Below, piece by piece: positions 27,115 to 37,822 of a DNA stretch of 64,000 nucleotides. The notes below the pieces were generated by a model. The model did no database searches. It saw only the letters and a list, made by a program, of their open reading frames with translations, and was not told the origin of the DNA. The position numbers and the translations under genes are program-made. The DNA is from an uncultured virus (IMG/VR IMGVR_UViG_3300021255_000141) (taxonomy: Duplodnaviria; Heunggongvirae; Uroviricota; Caudoviricetes). Each line of letters opens with the position of its first letter. The stretch's first letter is position 1. The stretch lies in IMG/VR virus record IMGVR_UViG_3300021255_000141, one strand, 5' to 3'.

Positions 27115-30100
27115 ATGAACTACAAATGTAATATACATGGAATTGAACAAAAATTAGTTCAAGGATTTACAATTTCAGAAGAATATAATGAAACATTAGA
27201 TAGTGGTTCCGTTGTAATAGGTGCAAGTCCTTACATTGAAGACTTAGAGCCATATGATGATGTGTTTATTTACAGTGAAAAAGATATGAACGGTAATGAT
27301 TTCGTATTTAGAGGATATCCTGTAAATGAAACAAATTATCCTAATGGAACTATGCCACAATATTATAAGCATCTTCTTGTGGACCAATATACAGAAGAAC
27401 AATTATTCCTTGGTGATGCTGAAGTTGACCAAATATTTAAATATACTATACAGTTGTTTAGTGAAACTAAACGATTAGAGGTTATTCAACTTCCTAATAT
27501 TTCTATTACACAACCATTAAATAGTGCTAAAAAGGTTAGTATATATGAATATGCTGAGCAGTTTTTAGGATTATATAATATAAGTGTAAAGAAAAACAGT
27601 CAAAGTGGATGGGTATATCAAAATAAATATTCTTTATCTCCAAGTATTGAGGATATGTTTGAAAATACATATTCACCTGATTTTACATTAAATAATCCAA
27701 GTTTAAGAGATTTATTAAACAAATTATTTATTACTCGTGACTGTATACCTTATGTAAAAGATGATGTAATATATGCTCTTGATATTTCACAAAGAACAGG
27801 CGATTTTGATTATACTAAAGGAGAATTAAATTATATCACAGGTAGTAAAACAAGTGATGGATATTGTACAGATTTAAAAACAAATTATACAGATGCATTA
27901 TCTGAACCTAATAATGGTAAATATGTAGAATATTTAGGATTTAGAAATTCGGAATCAGCGTTAATGAAGTTTGAAGATTTACGTATTGAGACTAGATTCC
28001 CTATTTATAAAATTAACAAGATTTTTATGTGTTATTATAAGCAGATAAAAGTAAAGTTGGCTAATCATGAAAAATTGTTTGATGAACTTATTTATGAAGT
28101 TGGCTCACAATTAGTTTTATATAATTCTTTAAATTCACAAATAGATTATAAATCTCTAACTGTAACAATAAGAGAAGATAACTATTATGAATTTAATACT
28201 CCTAGTGGTTCTGGAACGCAAATTATATATTCAGAAGAATCTACAGAAACTCCTGGTATTTTTAGGGAATTTAAAGTTGATTATTCTGATGATAAAATTA
28301 CTAAAATTTATATAACTTGTAATTCTTTAAATGAAAATGAAGATTTTGGAGAGGGCTTTGGTGATGTCTATTATATTTTGTATGATAGTTTACAAACTGA
28401 ATCAAAGATGTTTTTATGTAAACAAGATATAACTCCTCTTGTAAAGTTAGATTCTGAAAGAAATTTATTAATACAAGACCCTGAATTGTTTATGGAAAAT
28501 GCTACAACTATTGAAGAAATTTCTAAGTTTAAAATTAGTACTGTTGGATATAGTATAGGTTCTACTAATATAAGTGGTTGGGGTACAAAATATACATATC
28601 CTAAAAATTTCTTTTACCAAAACAAAGAGGCAAGTTATATAGAAAATATATTTAATTTTATGGATAAAAATTATCCAACAGGAATATATGATAAAGCATA
28701 TATTTTAAAAGAAATTTTACATAAAAATGTATTAAGAGATATTGAAAATTATAGTACAGGAGCAATCACTGGTACTGGTAAAATCGTAAATCAACCCGTT
28801 GCTGAACTTGCATTATCAAAAATTAGTGGTAGTGGAAAGTTTGATGTTTTAGAAGACTTAATAATGGCTAAAAATATACCATTACAATTGAAGTCAATAT
28901 TCTTCCAAATCGAATATCAACCTTTCTTCAATGGAGTTATAACCCATTCTAAGACTTTTGGTAAAGACAATATTACCATTAATGATAACCAATCAACATC
29001 TCTTGCATTATTAAAAAAGGATGGAATATCTCAAATAGAGAAAATAAATCGTTTTTCTAATAAATCGCTTCAAATAATGGCTCGTTATACCGATATAAAT
29101 GACGTGCAGCCATTAGGAAGTGTTTACGGTAAAACACCATATGAAGATGTGGTGATTTATCACAGAGATATTTCTATTAATGATAATGTAATTAATGTTA
29201 ATTATGCTGGTATGAAGGATTATGTATTGAGAAATTATTTTACTAGTGTATTTGCTAGATATAGAACATATAATTTAATGTCATATGGTGAATCTGTAAC
29301 AAGAAGTGAAAATGAAAAAATGTATATTCTTATGTCTAGAGATAAATATTATAACGACGCTTTGAATGTTAATATTAGTAAATTTGATGATAATTTTGAA
29401 AATAATAAATTAGCGTTTTTAAAAAAATTCTTTAGTTTCTTTAAAGAAAATGCTATGGATAAAGTTACTAATTATAACGAGGAATTAATTAAAAAGATAG
29501 ATAATATAAACAGTGGATTTTTAGTTTATAATAATGAATATTATTCAAGTGATATTAATGCATTTGCTAGTGGTAATTCTATGTGTTTTAATGTATCTAT
29601 GTTTGATAATGTTTCTGCAGGTGTTTATATAAAAAGTTTAATTACAGACGTGGTGAAATATTCTCTTGAACCTTATTATTTCGGTTCATTTGGTTTAACT
29701 AGTGATGATTTGAATAATGATGATGATGAAGAGGGTCATAAAAATTATACAGGTACAATGATAGATTATCATTATATTATAGATGATTTTGAAACAGGTA
29801 AAACTCAAAATTTATCATTTATATTCTGTAATAGTAAAAACAATTATATACATGAGGAAGAATTTTTTGATGCTTATTCTGCTACAGGATATGAAAAAGT
29901 AGTGGAGGCTTATAATCAATTATATGAACTTCCTAGAGTTTTAAATTATGAAGAATCTGAAGAAGATGATGGAAATATTGTATTTTCTAATATAATTTCG
30001 TTTGGTAAAAATTATTATTTAGATAATAAAGAAAAACTTAATATGACATTTCAAATAGAGGTATTAAATGATAATACAATGTATGAAGACAAAAACGATG

Positions 30101-31254
30101 TATTATTTAATACTAATTTAATATCATTAAGTGATTTAATCACAAGTGATACGAGAATTGCTAAAGGGTTTGAAACTACAGCATATAAAGGTTCTAAGTT
30201 TGATATTAAGGATTTAAACGCATCAATAGATTATACCGACGGACTAAAAGATGATACAATTTTATACGATGACATTTATAAGGGAGTTTATAGAACTATT
30301 ATTAGTTTTAATATATATAAAGAGATAAAAAGTGGATATCACGTATTTAATAATGGAAGAATAAATTTTCCTTCTCAGAAACATAGTAGTTATAGATTTG
30401 GTAGAGAATATAGAGAATACGGATATAGTTCATATATAGATTTAAAAGGAATTACTATAAATTTAGCGAATAACGAGGGAACTGTAACTGTTGATTTTTA
30501 TAACTATATTCATGCCGCTCCAAATATTAGTGAAACTATAAAAGTTGGGGAAAATTCAATACAAGCAAATAATGTTAAATTTGTAATTACAAGAATAGAA
30601 GAAAACGGAATATTCAAATGTTATAACTTTAGGTTTGACGGTTATGCTGTTAATGGTTATTCATATCCTGATACGCCTGCATTAGTAAAATATAATAATG
30701 CAAATTTAGAATTAAATTATAGTTGGTTTTTCTATGCTAGAAAAATAGGAACAAAAACAGCAACTAGAAATGATATGTTCTTCCAATATATGGGACCAAA
30801 TCCTTCTAAAATTTATTCCGAACAAGTTGAATATCAAAACAATCTTGTATATGTTTTAGCAGATGAAATGAAGAAACATGAAATATATGATGAATACTCA
30901 ACACTTCCTTCTAATTTTGTGGAAATATCTGAAAGAGGTAATGATTTTACTATTGATATAAAGAAGGATAACGCTGGAAAGTGTTTCTTAGAAATTAATG
31001 TGAGCCGCAACATAGAAAATTATAAATCATTTAGATGCTATTATTTTAGAGGAAATCTTGCTAAAGTTGATGAAACTAGAACAGGTAAATATGAGTTTGT
31101 ATTCGCTATTAATAATCTTAAACAAGGTATAAATAAAATTTATTTATCTTTATTAAGACAAAGAGATATGAAGATATTAGATGATATGAATATGGATTCA
31201 GGACTAGAAAATTATAACTACGTTGCTCAACGAGGAAGAATGGTAGAAGAGTGA
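27115..31254 (+). CDS. Large 1379-aa tail/baseplate protein
   Basis: Size, beta-rich composition, position before fibre genes. Confidence 0.55.
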   Translation: MNYKCNIHGIEQKLVQGFTISEEYNETLDSGSVVIGASPYIEDLEPYDDVFIYSEKDMNGNDFVFRGYPVNETNYPNGTMPQYYKHLLVDQYTEEQLFLGDAEVDQIFKYTIQLFSETKRLEVIQLPNISITQPLNSAKKVSIYEYAEQFLGLYNISVKKNSQSGWVYQNKYSLSPSIEDMFENTYSPDFTLNNPSLRDLLNKLFITRDCIPYVKDDVIYALDISQRTGDFDYTKGELNYITGSKTSDGYCTDLKTNYTDALSEPNNGKYVEYLGFRNSESALMKFEDLRIETRFPIYKINKIFMCYYKQIKVKLANHEKLFDELIYEVGSQLVLYNSLNSQIDYKSLTVTIREDNYYEFNTPSGSGTQIIYSEESTETPGIFREFKVDYSDDKITKIYITCNSLNENEDFGEGFGDVYYILYDSLQTESKMFLCKQDITPLVKLDSERNLLIQDPELFMENATTIEEISKFKISTVGYSIGSTNISGWGTKYTYPKNFFYQNKEASYIENIFNFMDKNYPTGIYDKAYILKEILHKNVLRDIENYSTGAITGTGKIVNQPVAELALSKISGSGKFDVLEDLIMAKNIPLQLKSIFFQIEYQPFFNGVITHSKTFGKDNITINDNQSTSLALLKKDGISQIEKINRFSNKSLQIMARYTDINDVQPLGSVYGKTPYEDVVIYHRDISINDNVINVNYAGMKDYVLRNYFTSVFARYRTYNLMSYGESVTRSENEKMYILMSRDKYYNDALNVNISKFDDNFENNKLAFLKKFFSFFKENAMDKVTNYNEELIKKIDNINSGFLVYNNEYYSSDINAFASGNSMCFNVSMFDNVSAGVYIKSLITDVVKYSLEPYYFGSFGLTSDDLNNDDDEEGHKNYTGTMIDYHYIIDDFETGKTQNLSFIFCNSKNNYIHEEEFFDAYSATGYEKVVEAYNQLYELPRVLNYEESEEDDGNIVFSNIISFGKNYYLDNKEKLNMTFQIEVLNDNTMYEDKNDVLFNTNLISLSDLITSDTRIAKGFETTAYKGSKFDIKDLNASIDYTDGLKDDTILYDDIYKGVYRTIISFNIYKEIKSGYHVFNNGRINFPSQKHSSYRFGREYREYGYSSYIDLKGITINLANNEGTVTVDFYNYIHAAPNISETIKVGENSIQANNVKFVITRIEENGIFKCYNFRFDGYAVNGYSYPDTPALVKYNNANLELNYSWFFYARKIGTKTATRNDMFFQYMGPNPSKIYSEQVEYQNNLVYVLADEMKKHEIYDEYSTLPSNFVEISERGNDFTIDIKKDNAGKCFLEINVSRNIENYKSFRCYYFRGNLAKVDETRTGKYEFVFAINNLKQGINKIYLSLLRQRDMKILDDMNMDSGLENYNYVAQRGRMVEE

Positions 31255-31318
31255 TTGAAAAATCACTCTTTTATTTTTTAAAATAGAGTGATATAATTAT
31301 ATTATAGAGGTGATTATC

Positions 31319-31912
31319 ATGCTATTGTATTTTGACAACACAAGAACATTAAAAACTATAATTCCTCATGGGGAGCCTTGTAGACAAGGTGATACATTAA
31401 CGTTAGAAGTTCTTTTTGATAAAGAAGTTTTCATGGTAAATAATGTAGACGTATTCGACCAATGCACCATAGGATTTAGATATTTAAGACCAGGTGAGGA
31501 TAAATTCTCGGCGTTAATTCCGTTTGAAGAAAGATATGCTGAAAAAGTATTTAATAGAATAGATGAAAAAGAATTTATAGGAGCACTTGAAGACGGTGAA
31601 GAATATACAACTGTGGGAATAGGACCTAGTAGTGCTAATATTCAACGTATAACAGATAAAAATGGTGAGTTAAAAATAACTATATTAGTATATTATGGTT
31701 CAAAAGTTTTAGTTACATCTCAAACAGTTATAAATGTTGAAGATACATTGGGATTAAAACCTAATGAAGGATTAGGCATGACACAATCACAATATAATGC
31801 GTTAATGGAAGCGTTTGAAAATGTATTAGATTTTGATTTTACAAAAATTTTTAATCCATTAACGGCAAAGGAAATTAGAGATATTTGTGAAGATGAAATT
31901 ATAGGAGGATAA
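31319..31912 (+). CDS. Baseplate upper (BppU-like) fibre adaptor
   Basis: RQGD..L.V...F.RP...G.L.I.I pattern; precedes fibre genes. Confidence 0.45.
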   Translation: MLLYFDNTRTLKTIIPHGEPCRQGDTLTLEVLFDKEVFMVNNVDVFDQCTIGFRYLRPGEDKFSALIPFEERYAEKVFNRIDEKEFIGALEDGEEYTTVGIGPSSANIQRITDKNGELKITILVYYGSKVLVTSQTVINVEDTLGLKPNEGLGMTQSQYNALMEAFENVLDFDFTKIFNPLTAKEIRDICEDEIIGG

Positions 31913-31916
31913 AAAA

Positions 31917-32849
31917 ATGAGTGGAGAAACTAAAAAATATTTAGACGGTGACGGATTAAGTGTATTATGGACTAAAGTAAAAGCAGGAGACAATGCCGTA
32001 GCAGCAGGAGCGGCAGAAGACTTGCAGTCTGCAGTTACAACTATTAATACTAGTATTGGAGCGATTAATACTAGATTAAATGGTGGAGACCCTGTTTATG
32101 CAGCAGTTAGAGATGGTTCTGGAAATACAATTACAGAAACATATATTCCTAACAGTAATAAAGGAGTTGCTAATGGAGTTGCAACACTAGATAGTAATGG
32201 TAAAGTTCCTTCAACACAATTACCTTCATATGTCGATGATGTAATTGAGGCATATTATTATAATGGTTCTTTCTATGAAGAAGATACTCATACAACTTTA
32301 ATTACTCCAGAAACTGGTAAAATTTATGTGGATTTATCTACTAATAAACAATATCGTTGGGGAGGTTCAGCATACGCTGAAATTAGTGCCTCACTAGCAA
32401 TCGGTACAACTTCAGGTACTGCATTTGAAGGTAGTAGAGGATATGCTATTGAGCAGAATTATGTAGAAAAAATTAAGACTGTAAATGATGTAACATCAGA
32501 AATTTATAGAACCAGTCCCGCAGGAATATTAAGGTTTGATAGTAGGGGTTCTAATCGTAGAAATGTGTTTGATATACACCCATACAATGTAAACAACGAA
32601 ATTTATGCAACATATTCTCCAGTTGCCTCAGGTGAATTGAGCATGACTAAGACTGTTTTAAAATGCTCAGGAGGAACCGAAGTACCATATATTAATTTAA
32701 GTGTATATAGTTTTTACGAGGGTGGTTCTGCTCAAGGTGTCTCTAAAAGTTTAAAATTAACTTCAACATCAGTCACAATCGATGATTCCAAAATTGTAAC
32801 AGAATCTGACACATTAACAGAAAATGAAATAAACGCAATCTGCGTATAA
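31917..32849 (+). CDS. Tail fibre protein 1
   Basis: KYLDxDGL N-terminus; GVANGVATLDSNGKVPSTQLPSYVDDV motif. Confidence 0.7.
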   Translation: MSGETKKYLDGDGLSVLWTKVKAGDNAVAAGAAEDLQSAVTTINTSIGAINTRLNGGDPVYAAVRDGSGNTITETYIPNSNKGVANGVATLDSNGKVPSTQLPSYVDDVIEAYYYNGSFYEEDTHTTLITPETGKIYVDLSTNKQYRWGGSAYAEISASLAIGTTSGTAFEGSRGYAIEQNYVEKIKTVNDVTSEIYRTSPAGILRFDSRGSNRRNVFDIHPYNVNNEIYATYSPVASGELSMTKTVLKCSGGTEVPYINLSVYSFYEGGSAQGVSKSLKLTSTSVTIDDSKIVTESDTLTENEINAICV

Positions 32850-32864
32850 TAGGAGGCGATTTGA

Positions 32865-34862
32865 ATGCCTAAAAAATATTTAGATAGCGATGGACTAAGT
32901 GCCGTATGGGGGAAGGTTAAGAAACAAAATGAAAAATCCTTATACCATCTAGGAGCATTTGATACAATTAATGGTAATGTTATTACTAGGCAAACAGGAT
33001 ATGTTAAATTAGATGGTAGCGAAAGTTGGATGCCAGCAGGGACAACTGGTTATTTATTTCAAACAGAAGATTATAAAGCACCTTATAATAATCAATTTGT
33101 TAATAATCAATTAACTATAAGAACAGCCGATTATTTATGGCAAAATACTGATAGTGGTATAGCATTTGATATAAATAGAATAAATATTAGAATTGACAAT
33201 ATTACAACTATTGCTGATTTACAAGCATATTTAAGTGCTAATACAATTTATATTCAATACAAACTAGCAACTTCCTATACAGAAGAAGTTATAGAAAATC
33301 AACCTTTAAATACATTAGACCAAAAAGGAAGTAATTGGTTAAGAGATGAATGGAATAAAGGATTGAATTTATTTGACTATAATTCTACTCGTAAAGGTGG
33401 TTATTATTATTTTGATAATGGTAATTGGACATCCTCTAATCAATATATGGGAAGTGATTATATATCAGTTATTCCTAATACTATATATAGTGGTAATACA
33501 CTAGGTCATATATGCTTTTATGATATTTCTAAAACATATATTGGTGGCGTAGTTTTACAAGCCGATGGTAATATTACTACTCCAAATAACGCTTATTATT
33601 TAAAGTATTCACCAAATATAACTACTGATACTGTTATGCTAAACGAAGGAGACCACGCTTATCCTTATCAAAAATATAATGGGGCAATAGTTCATAAGAA
33701 AGATTTACCAGAAAAATATAATACTTCTGGCTCTTCAAAATATATAGGTTATAATGCCGAACTAAACTCATCACCAACTTATGTTGCCACATTTAAAGAT
33801 AATTATGATTTAAATGGTTTATGTTGTAGTTCAACTGATGCATTAAATGTAGGTAGGTCAAAATCATTATTATCTTATTCAGCAGGTGGAAATGATGATG
33901 TAGAGGCTTTACAAGATGCGTTTAACTATATTGATAAATCAGTTGGAACTGCTGTTAGATTAGAGCATGGAAGTGCTTATATGTCATTTGGTTATGCTTT
34001 ATCTGGATATAATTATGAACACGCATACGGCTCATTTCTAGTATTGGGTTATGGATTAACAAATCCAACTTATGTAAGAATGAATAATGGAACTTGGACT
34101 TCTTCATCATTAGCGTTAACAAGCGATGTCAATGCAAAACAAGACACTTTAGTTAGTGGTACAAATATTAAAACAATTAATGGTAATAGTATTTTAGGTA
34201 GTGGTGATATTACTATCAGCGGTGGTGGCGGTATTGAAGAACTATCAGCAAATGATATTTACATATACAATACTGCAAGTACAAGTGTAACAAAAATAAC
34301 AGAAAGTGGTATATATCTATTAACTTCTGATAATCCTACTCTTCACGTTAGTAGTTCAAAAACTATAGGAGTATATAAAAATACAATGTTATACGTAACT
34401 ATAAACGGTACTTATTTTAACTGGTGGTATATAAACAATCCTAATAACGCTAATAATACAAAAGAATTAACATTTGGTACTAACGGAACATATACTAGAT
34501 ATACGTTAAAAGACCACCCTCATTTATATATGCATAGAATAACATTTGATGGAAGAGACGATGGCGATTGCGGAACATTAAACATTACAATATATTCAAC
34601 TAGAAGCACCGCATATACTGCTAGTGGTGTATATAATTATTTAAATGATAACGGATATAGAGACACATATAATATGTATCCTGCTGTTGGTTATTCAACA
34701 GAAGATGTAAACGGAGTAAATGTAGGAGCGTGGGCTTCTGATAACGAAATTTGGACGAGATATGATAATGGGGATGGTTTTTCCACTCACGCTTGGTCAA
34801 AGTATGCTGGGACTGGTTCATACAGCGACAGGTTTACGGATTCTGTACACATGGTATTTTAA
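32865..34862 (+). CDS. Tail fibre / receptor-binding protein 2
   Basis: KYLDSDGL N-terminus; KQDTLVSGTNIKTING motif; mosaic beta domains. Confidence 0.7.
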   Translation: MPKKYLDSDGLSAVWGKVKKQNEKSLYHLGAFDTINGNVITRQTGYVKLDGSESWMPAGTTGYLFQTEDYKAPYNNQFVNNQLTIRTADYLWQNTDSGIAFDINRINIRIDNITTIADLQAYLSANTIYIQYKLATSYTEEVIENQPLNTLDQKGSNWLRDEWNKGLNLFDYNSTRKGGYYYFDNGNWTSSNQYMGSDYISVIPNTIYSGNTLGHICFYDISKTYIGGVVLQADGNITTPNNAYYLKYSPNITTDTVMLNEGDHAYPYQKYNGAIVHKKDLPEKYNTSGSSKYIGYNAELNSSPTYVATFKDNYDLNGLCCSSTDALNVGRSKSLLSYSAGGNDDVEALQDAFNYIDKSVGTAVRLEHGSAYMSFGYALSGYNYEHAYGSFLVLGYGLTNPTYVRMNNGTWTSSSLALTSDVNAKQDTLVSGTNIKTINGNSILGSGDITISGGGGIEELSANDIYIYNTASTSVTKITESGIYLLTSDNPTLHVSSSKTIGVYKNTMLYVTINGTYFNWWYINNPNNANNTKELTFGTNGTYTRYTLKDHPHLYMHRITFDGRDDGDCGTLNITIYSTRSTAYTASGVYNYLNDNGYRDTYNMYPAVGYSTEDVNGVNVGAWASDNEIWTRYDNGDGFSTHAWSKYAGTGSYSDRFTDSVHMVF

Positions 34863-34874
34863 AGGAGGTATATA

Positions 34875-35273
34875 ATGATAAATCTATTTAAACAAAATGA
34901 AGGTTTTTCTGCTTCAACATTTACAGGTTTAACTGAAGATGATATTCCTGAAGAAATTGTAAATGATATAATTAAAGTTGATGAACAAACTTTTAAAGAT
35001 TTACAAGATAGAAAGTTAATGTGGAATAATGGTGAATTAGTTTCAAATCCTGATTATGAAACTTTTGAAAAAAAGCAAGAATTAAATAATCAAAAAGTTG
35101 AAATCAAAAAACAAATCAATCATTATAAATCTCTATTATCTGAAAGTGATTATCGTGCTATTAAATATTTTGAAGGATATTATACTGAAGAAGAATATGC
35201 GCCATATAAAGCACAAAGACAAGAATATAGAGATGAGATTAATAGGTTGGAAGAAGAAATGGCGAGGCTATAA
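34875..35273 (+). CDS. Tail fibre assembly chaperone-like protein
   Basis: LLSESDY...RQEYRDEIN C-terminal motif; follows fibre. Confidence 0.55.
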   Translation: MINLFKQNEGFSASTFTGLTEDDIPEEIVNDIIKVDEQTFKDLQDRKLMWNNGELVSNPDYETFEKKQELNNQKVEIKKQINHYKSLLSESDYRAIKYFEGYYTEEEYAPYKAQRQEYRDEINRLEEEMARL

Positions 35274-35276
35274 TCA

Positions 35277-36098
35277 ATGAGCGTAAAAAAATATATTGAT
35301 GAGAAAGGTCTTCAAGAAATAATAAAATTTATAGATGAATACTTTGAAAGAAAATTAATTAGTGGTCAAAATATTAAAACGATAAATTATTCTAGCCTTT
35401 TAGGTCCAGGAAACTTAAGTGTTGGTAATGGTTTAAGTGCATTAACATATAACACTAAAGTTATAGTTAGTGCTAATCCTGCTATAAACGATATTATTGA
35501 TTTTAACCCTGCTTATTTATCAAGACAAGCAGTTCCAGAAGATAATATATCAGTTATAATTGAAAATACAACTCAAGGTGGTACATGGATTGCTAACGCT
35601 GAGGTAACAACAGTAGGTACTCCTGTATATGCTAAAATAAAATCACTATCACTTATTACAGGTGCTCCTGGAGCAGATGGAGCAGACGGAACAAACGGTG
35701 CAACGTTTACTCCACATGTATCAAGCAATGGAAATTTAAGTTGGACTAATAATGGTGGATTGCCTAATCCTGAAACAGTTAACTTAATGCCAGTTTTACC
35801 TGAAATTTATAAACATGAATTAGTATTAACTGACGGAACAGAATATATATATTTAACAATAATAAATAATTATTCGTCTAATTATGAAGATGCAGAAGAT
35901 TTACCATATGGTAAACATCCTGCGACTGGTTATGTTTATGTTGACTCATCATATTATCCTGTTATATATGTAGATAGATGGGATGACGATGAAGATATGG
36001 CTTATGTGACTTTAAAATATGTAAGAGGTAACAGTGTTCCTACTAAAAATATTGGAGCAGGATATACTGTTTATGATACTAAAACAAAATTGTTATAA
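35277..36098 (+). CDS. Tail fibre protein 3 with short collagen repeat
   Basis: KYIDEKGL; SGQNIKTIN; GAPGADGADGTNGATFTP. Confidence 0.65.
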   Translation: MSVKKYIDEKGLQEIIKFIDEYFERKLISGQNIKTINYSSLLGPGNLSVGNGLSALTYNTKVIVSANPAINDIIDFNPAYLSRQAVPEDNISVIIENTTQGGTWIANAEVTTVGTPVYAKIKSLSLITGAPGADGADGTNGATFTPHVSSNGNLSWTNNGGLPNPETVNLMPVLPEIYKHELVLTDGTEYIYLTIINNYSSNYEDAEDLPYGKHPATGYVYVDSSYYPVIYVDRWDDDEDMAYVTLKYVRGNSVPTKNIGAGYTVYDTKTKLL

Positions 36099-36113
36099 AA
36101 GGGAGATTTTATT

Positions 36114-36677
36114 ATGAAACATAATCCTTTTCTTGTAATGATTATCACATCTTGGATATTACTAGTGTTAGCGATGATATGTAAATTATTTGGAGCAGAC
36201 TGGTTTATTGCAAGTAGTGATAATAAAACATTTATAAGACTATGTAATTATATCGATAATAATAAAATCTTGTATAACTTATTGCCAATATTATTTAATA
36301 TAACTACAACTAGTATATATTTCATGGCAATTCTTAAAGAAAATAGACCACATTTACTGTGGTTTATTATTTTGATAGTTTATGCAAGTGTAAAAGTGCT
36401 ATTTTATAACCAGGTGGTATTCTTCATCTTAGATATAATTTTAATGATAGGACTACCGCTCGCTTTAAAACCAAAATACTGGCTAATAATTATAATAGGT
36501 TTCTTATTGAATTTTATATTTCAATTGATATCTATGGCTACCAAAATGAATCATTATAAGATGTTTGATGATAATACCTTGGTTGTATTAATATTAAATG
36601 TTGATTATGTGATAATGTTAGTGTTATTTTGGTTATATCGCATCAAACCAAAGAAGGAGGAAAACGAAAATGGGTAG
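36114..36677 (+). CDS. Polytopic membrane protein (about 6 TM), putative peptide sensor
   Basis: Hydrophobicity; coupled to peptide and AgrB-like genes. Confidence 0.6.
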   Translation: MKHNPFLVMIITSWILLVLAMICKLFGADWFIASSDNKTFIRLCNYIDNNKILYNLLPILFNITTTSIYFMAILKENRPHLLWFIILIVYASVKVLFYNQVVFFILDIILMIGLPLALKPKYWLIIIIGFLLNFIFQLISMATKMNHYKMFDDNTLVVLILNVDYVIMLVLFWLYRIKPKKEENENG

Positions 36678-36828
36678 ATGGGGATTATTATTCTTCGGAG
36701 AAAAGGACAGAATCATAATTGACGAAATAGCAAAAATGCATGATTTACCAAAGGGTGTTGTTGAAAAATTCTATGCAAAAATGCTAAAGGAAGCAAAAGA
36801 TGAAGTTCAAACTAAAACTGAGGCTTAA
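36670..36828 (+). CDS. 52-aa peptide MGRWGLLFFGEKD..., candidate signalling propeptide (not in ORF track)
   Basis: Translated by hand; AAGGAGG RBS 9 nt upstream; overlaps both neighbours. Confidence 0.65.
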   Translation: MGRWGLLFFGEKDRIIIDEIAKMHDLPKGVVEKFYAKMLKEAKDEVQTKTEA

Positions 36829-37360
36829 ATTTGCGTTTTATCATGTATTAGGGTTTCTAACAGTTTTGACAATATTAGGTATAGCCTATTTATTCGATAA
36901 GGTGTTAGAAACCTTAACTATTATTGTACTGTTTTACATATATAGAACAATGTTTGTAAAACAATTTCATGCTAAGTCATTATACTTGTGTAGTTTTATA
37001 TCAATAATAGTATTTTCTCTTGTAATACAATTAGAGTTAAAATTTAATATTTCAATTATATTTTCAAGCGTACTAACATTTATGATAACTTATTTATCCT
37101 ATACATTAAAAGAGTTTTTAGATTTAAAATCATATTCAACTTTAAAAGTTCCTAATAAATGTATTGAGAATTTGAGCGAAGATGAAATGGTAAAGTTATT
37201 ACCTGATATTAGAGAAGATATAATACATATTGTATATGGATATTTACATAGAGAGGGTGTAACCTCAATAGGCTATGCATACGGTCAAGGCATAAGCGAA
37301 GCAACATTATTTAGATATGTGAAACAAGTTAAGAAGAAATATGAGAGTTTAGGAAAGTAA
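36800..37360 (+). CDS. AgrB-like membrane peptidase fused to C-terminal HTH
   Basis: YR...FHAKSLYLC (His-x6-Cys as in AgrB) within 4 TMs; GISEATLFRYVKQVKKK HTH. Confidence 0.65.
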   Translation: MKFKLKLRLKFAFYHVLGFLTVLTILGIAYLFDKVLETLTIIVLFYIYRTMFVKQFHAKSLYLCSFISIIVFSLVIQLELKFNISIIFSSVLTFMITYLSYTLKEFLDLKSYSTLKVPNKCIENLSEDEMVKLLPDIREDIIHIVYGYLHREGVTSIGYAYGQGISEATLFRYVKQVKKKYESLGK

Positions 37361-37383
37361 AAATCCTAAACTTTTTTTATTTT

Positions 37384-37416
37384 TGATAGTTAATGAAAGT
37401 CATGTGGTTATAGAAT
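37384..37416 (+). promoter_or_regulatory. Direct repeat TGAWAGT x2 in place of -35, with TAGAAT -10
   Basis: TGATAGT 37384-37390, TGAAAGT 37394-37400, TAGAAT 37411-37416. Confidence 0.45.
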
Positions 37417-37442
37417 GTTGCTAAAGAAAAGGAGTGGTGTAC

Positions 37443-37820
37443 ATGCCAAACTATAACAACAATTTTAATCCATATAATCCATATAACCCTTATACAATGC
37501 CACAAACTAAAATAAATCAATATTCATTTGTAAATGGCATTGAGGGTGCAAAGGCTTATCAAGTCATGCCAAATCAAAAAATGATGCTTCTTGATAGCGA
37601 TAGACCAATAGTATATATGAAAACATCTGATGAATACGGCAAGTCATCTCTAAGATATTTTAAATTAGTTGAGATTAAAGAAGATGATTTAAAGGTTCAA
37701 CAACCAGAAAACAGTTCTCAATACGCTTTAAAGGCTGATTTAGAGGCTTTGAAGCAAGAATTGATTAATTTATCGAATAAACTTGAAAAGCCTCTTAAAA
37801 GTGAAAATAAGGAGGAATAA
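37443..37820 (+). CDS. Hypothetical protein (VNGIEGAKAY...YMKTSD family)
   Basis: First gene of a six-gene operon recalled from gut phages. Confidence 0.75.
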   Translation: MPNYNNNFNPYNPYNPYTMPQTKINQYSFVNGIEGAKAYQVMPNQKMMLLDSDRPIVYMKTSDEYGKSSLRYFKLVEIKEDDLKVQQPENSSQYALKADLEALKQELINLSNKLEKPLKSENKEE

Positions 37821-37822
37821 CG

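Noticed and set aside
31917..36098. Diversity-generating retroelement or invertase shufflon on fibre genes
   Set aside because: No reverse transcriptase, TR/VR pair or recombinase seen in the window
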